Below are positions 61,246 through 64,000 of a stretch of DNA of 64,000 nucleotides, piece by piece. The translations under genes and the position numbers were made by a program. Below the pieces are notes generated by a model, which worked only from the letters and a program-made list of their open reading frames with translations, had not been told where the DNA came from and ran no database searches. Numbering within the stretch: the stretch's first letter is position 1; every line of letters starts with the position of its first letter. The stretch is from Patellaria atrata CBS 101060 (lineage: Eukaryota), in contig MU006116.1 of the NCBI GenBank assembly GCA_010093705.1, forward strand, positions 161,424 through 225,423, in the 5' to 3' direction.

Positions 61246-62606
61246 ATGCGTTTCCAGTCCCTCTTTTATACGGCAATCTTTGCCGCTACTGCCGCTGCAG
61301 TCGAGCCTGACGAGAGTGGTAGATATACACTCACAGCAGACGGTATTAAGGCACAGGTAACGCATCCTAGTCTATATTGCTATATGGGCATTCCACCTAA
61401 TGTTTTTGATAGTTCATTCCATATGGCGCCTCCCTCACCAACCTGTTCGTCAAGGACAAGAATGGAGTTGATCGAGATATTGTGCTCGGTTATGATAATA
61501 CCTCATTCTATCGTGTGTGAACCCTCAAATATCTCAGTATCGTGGAACAAGCTCTGTTAATACAGTCACCCGGCTAGCTGTTGATCCAGGTCATCCTGTC
61601 CTAAATGCTGTTCCGGGACGTTATGTCAACAGAATCAGAGACGGTGTATTCACCCTGGATAACAAAACTTACCATACAGAACACAACGATGGGAACAACA
61701 CCCTCCACAGCGGGACAAAGAATTGGTCATTCCGGTTTTGGAATGTATCGGAAGCTACGAAAGATTCTATAACTTTCTCCCTTGATGATCCAGCTTTCTC
61801 TACGGATATGCCCGGCCGTGTGGAAGCCCAAGTTACTTATACACTTACGCCCAATAAATGGCATATCAAAATGAGAGCTATTTCTCCGGATGTGAGGACC
61901 AGTACGACATTCTCCTATTACCTGTTAATCTGACCTGTTACTAACTTATTCTCCTGCAGTAATTATGCTTACACAACATACATATTTCAATCTTGATGCA
62001 TTTGCGAATCCGTCGACTGATTTAGTGTGGAACCATACCCTGTATATGCCTTATGGCGAATCATACCTCGAACCCGATCCGAATATGGTTCCTACCGGCA
62101 AAATCATCAAGGCTCCGAAAAACTCAACGAATGATTTCTGGAGCGAGCCTCATCAATTCGGCCGCGCCTTGAACAATTCCGACTTTGTCGGCAACTGTGG
62201 AACGGCGTCAGGATGCGCAGGCTACAACAACCAATGGCTGATTAGGGGTAAGAAGCGGACCAAGCCTGTTGCAACCCTGCGCAGTGACTGGAGCGGAATT
62301 TCGGCCAAGTTGAGCACAAATCAAGATGGTTTGGTCATCTACACTTGTTATTGGTTTGATGGCATGACCCCTGTAAAGAGTACTCAGGGTGTTCAAGGAC
62401 AAGACAGGACGATTAAGAGCAGTGGATGTGTTGCTATTGAAGCTCATGATTGGGTGGATGGAATTAATCAGTGAGTATTATTCCGATGTGAATATGCATG
62501 AATGCTAATGGTATCTAGCCCCGAGTGGAATAGAATGGATAAGCAAGTATTCGGTCCAGGACAATTGTACGAGTGGGACAGCACGTGGGCCTTCTCAGCT
62601 TCCTAG
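61246..62606 (+). CDS. Secreted aldose 1-epimerase (galactose mutarotase-like)
   Basis: Signal peptide MRFQSLFYTAIFAATAAA. FIPYGASLTNLFV...DIVLGYD, GRYVNRI, NTLHSG, TQHTYFNL, VAIEAHDWVDGIN. Four introns; stop TAG ends 62606. Confidence 0.93.
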
Positions 62607-63389
62607 ACGCGATGTAGAACCGCTCGTAACGTGTACGCTAAATACAAAAGGATTTTTTTTAAAAAAAATAAAAATATAAATGCAAGCACTGCATATATAC
62701 TCTAATATCATACATTTGGCAGATAAGCTCGCTTATGTTATAACATGTACAGAGTAACAAATCTGCTAGAGCGAAAATCTGAAATGTAAGAGTATAGTAG
62801 GTTTACGAGCCGCTGCAATACGAATATAGGTACTTCCGCGATCTCTTTCATTCTCGAAATTAAATTAGCCGTAATGTTCACCTTTTCATATGATATATCA
62901 AGGTGTAAAATTTATAAGTTCAACTCTCCTGAAGTCAGAAAGCAAACATTTTCCAGCCATTATACATTGTAACATTCCCCTAGAAGCACCACTGTCAGGA
63001 TTGACTGAAAAGTGATATCTAACCCAAGATGAGACAACTTGCGCCCACACAGTGAGGCCCACGGAGAATGTTCTTCCAATTGCAGGAAGTGTCGATATCT
63101 GTGCCCGCAAGAGGTCTATCCAGGTCGGACAGATTCATGGCACGGGAGTTCAACAATAACTTTCCACCGTCCGTACGGGAAAGAGCTGACTCATCTGCAG
63201 CGAAGGAGCAGAGCCACACGGAGCCCTCTAGTAAGCAGCTCAGTAGTGAGAGCTACCTATACAGGATTCTTCTCCGCCGTCAAAAAGTGATACTCCTCGG
63301 GCTGAGGCTTAAGGTTATCTCAGTTTTCAGATTCTCTCCGAGGTGTGTCATCGTAGTCACGCTTTGCGCTCCTTTTAATCCGCGTTAAC

Positions 63390-63520
63390 CGTATTTAAAT
63401 AACTATTAATACATTAAATTTAAGGTTACTATTATCAAGTTTTTAATTAATTAAAATATAACTAAATTTTTAGTAATTAATATTTTATAACAAGTTTTAA
63501 GATAAATAATATTGTTACTG
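63390..63520. repeat. Short extremely AT-rich tract, probably a RIP-eroded repeat remnant
   Basis: Abrupt switch to almost pure A/T with abundant TpA, flanked by sequence of ordinary GC content. Confidence 0.45.
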
Positions 63521-64000
63521 ACGGGAGATTTATACTTCTCTAAGCTGGAACCAGATAGGTATAAACACGCGCAAGGTTGCTCACAGGTGAGGACCTCCTT
63601 CCTAGAAGGGTAGGTTTCCGCTTCGTGATAGGACGTGCAAAGGTTGCACTTCGAGTTGACGATACAACTCGCTTCCCCTTAACTCTCTCTCAAAAGCTTC
63701 CACGGTAGAGACAAGTGATACTGTACGAACACAGTATAACAAAGGTGAGTTAAGTCAAAGATCGTAACATCCAGCCTTATAGTAAGATATGTGGGTAAGA
63801 AGAACTACGAAGAATCTAAATACATGCGTAAAGGAGCGTCCTTAAGTATTCCTTCCTCACAGTCCTATTTGATGTGCTCGATGCTCGCTGCTCGATACCC
63901 TTCGAGTCCTCCTTTGAAAGTAAACCACAGAGGGGAATGTTGAGGGAAGTGGAACTGAAAAGCAGAGGTATATTGCAAGAATCTTGATCATCCTTAGCTA

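Noticed and set aside
1..64000. tRNA, rRNA, intact transposon, Starship captain or secondary-metabolite core gene
   Set aside because: No cloverleaf, rRNA, transposase/RT, tyrosine recombinase, PKS or NRPS signature seen by eye. tRNAscan-SE, Infernal and RepeatModeler would be needed to exclude them.

Overview
Eukaryotic genomic DNA from a filamentous ascomycete (Pezizomycotina): short GT-AG introns with CTRAC branch points and typical fungal gene families. About 16 genes look intact: a PAS-containing hybrid histidine kinase (Fos-1/TcsA type), a PL4 rhamnogalacturonan lyase, an S41 peptidase, an MFS transporter, an M43 metalloprotease, a GH5 glycosidase, a secreted PFPTG-pentapeptide repeat protein, a small GPI-type protein, a large protein with a Cys-rich C-terminus, two SDRs, cytochrome c (missed by the ORF track), pyruvate dehydrogenase kinase, a small unknown protein, a PTH11-like receptor and a secreted aldose 1-epimerase. 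Between them lie decayed genes: a BCS1-like AAA ATPase, a Zn-alcohol dehydrogenase, an NLR-like NACHT-ankyrin gene that has lost its NTPase core, and further relics. The most unusual items are the secreted (P/G)FPTG-repeat protein, the disarmed NLR, and five AAG 3' splice sites among about 38 reconstructed introns. No rRNA, tRNA, CRISPR array or intact transposon was seen, and I found no clear-cut novel multi-gene system. All gene models were assembled by eye, without database searches.
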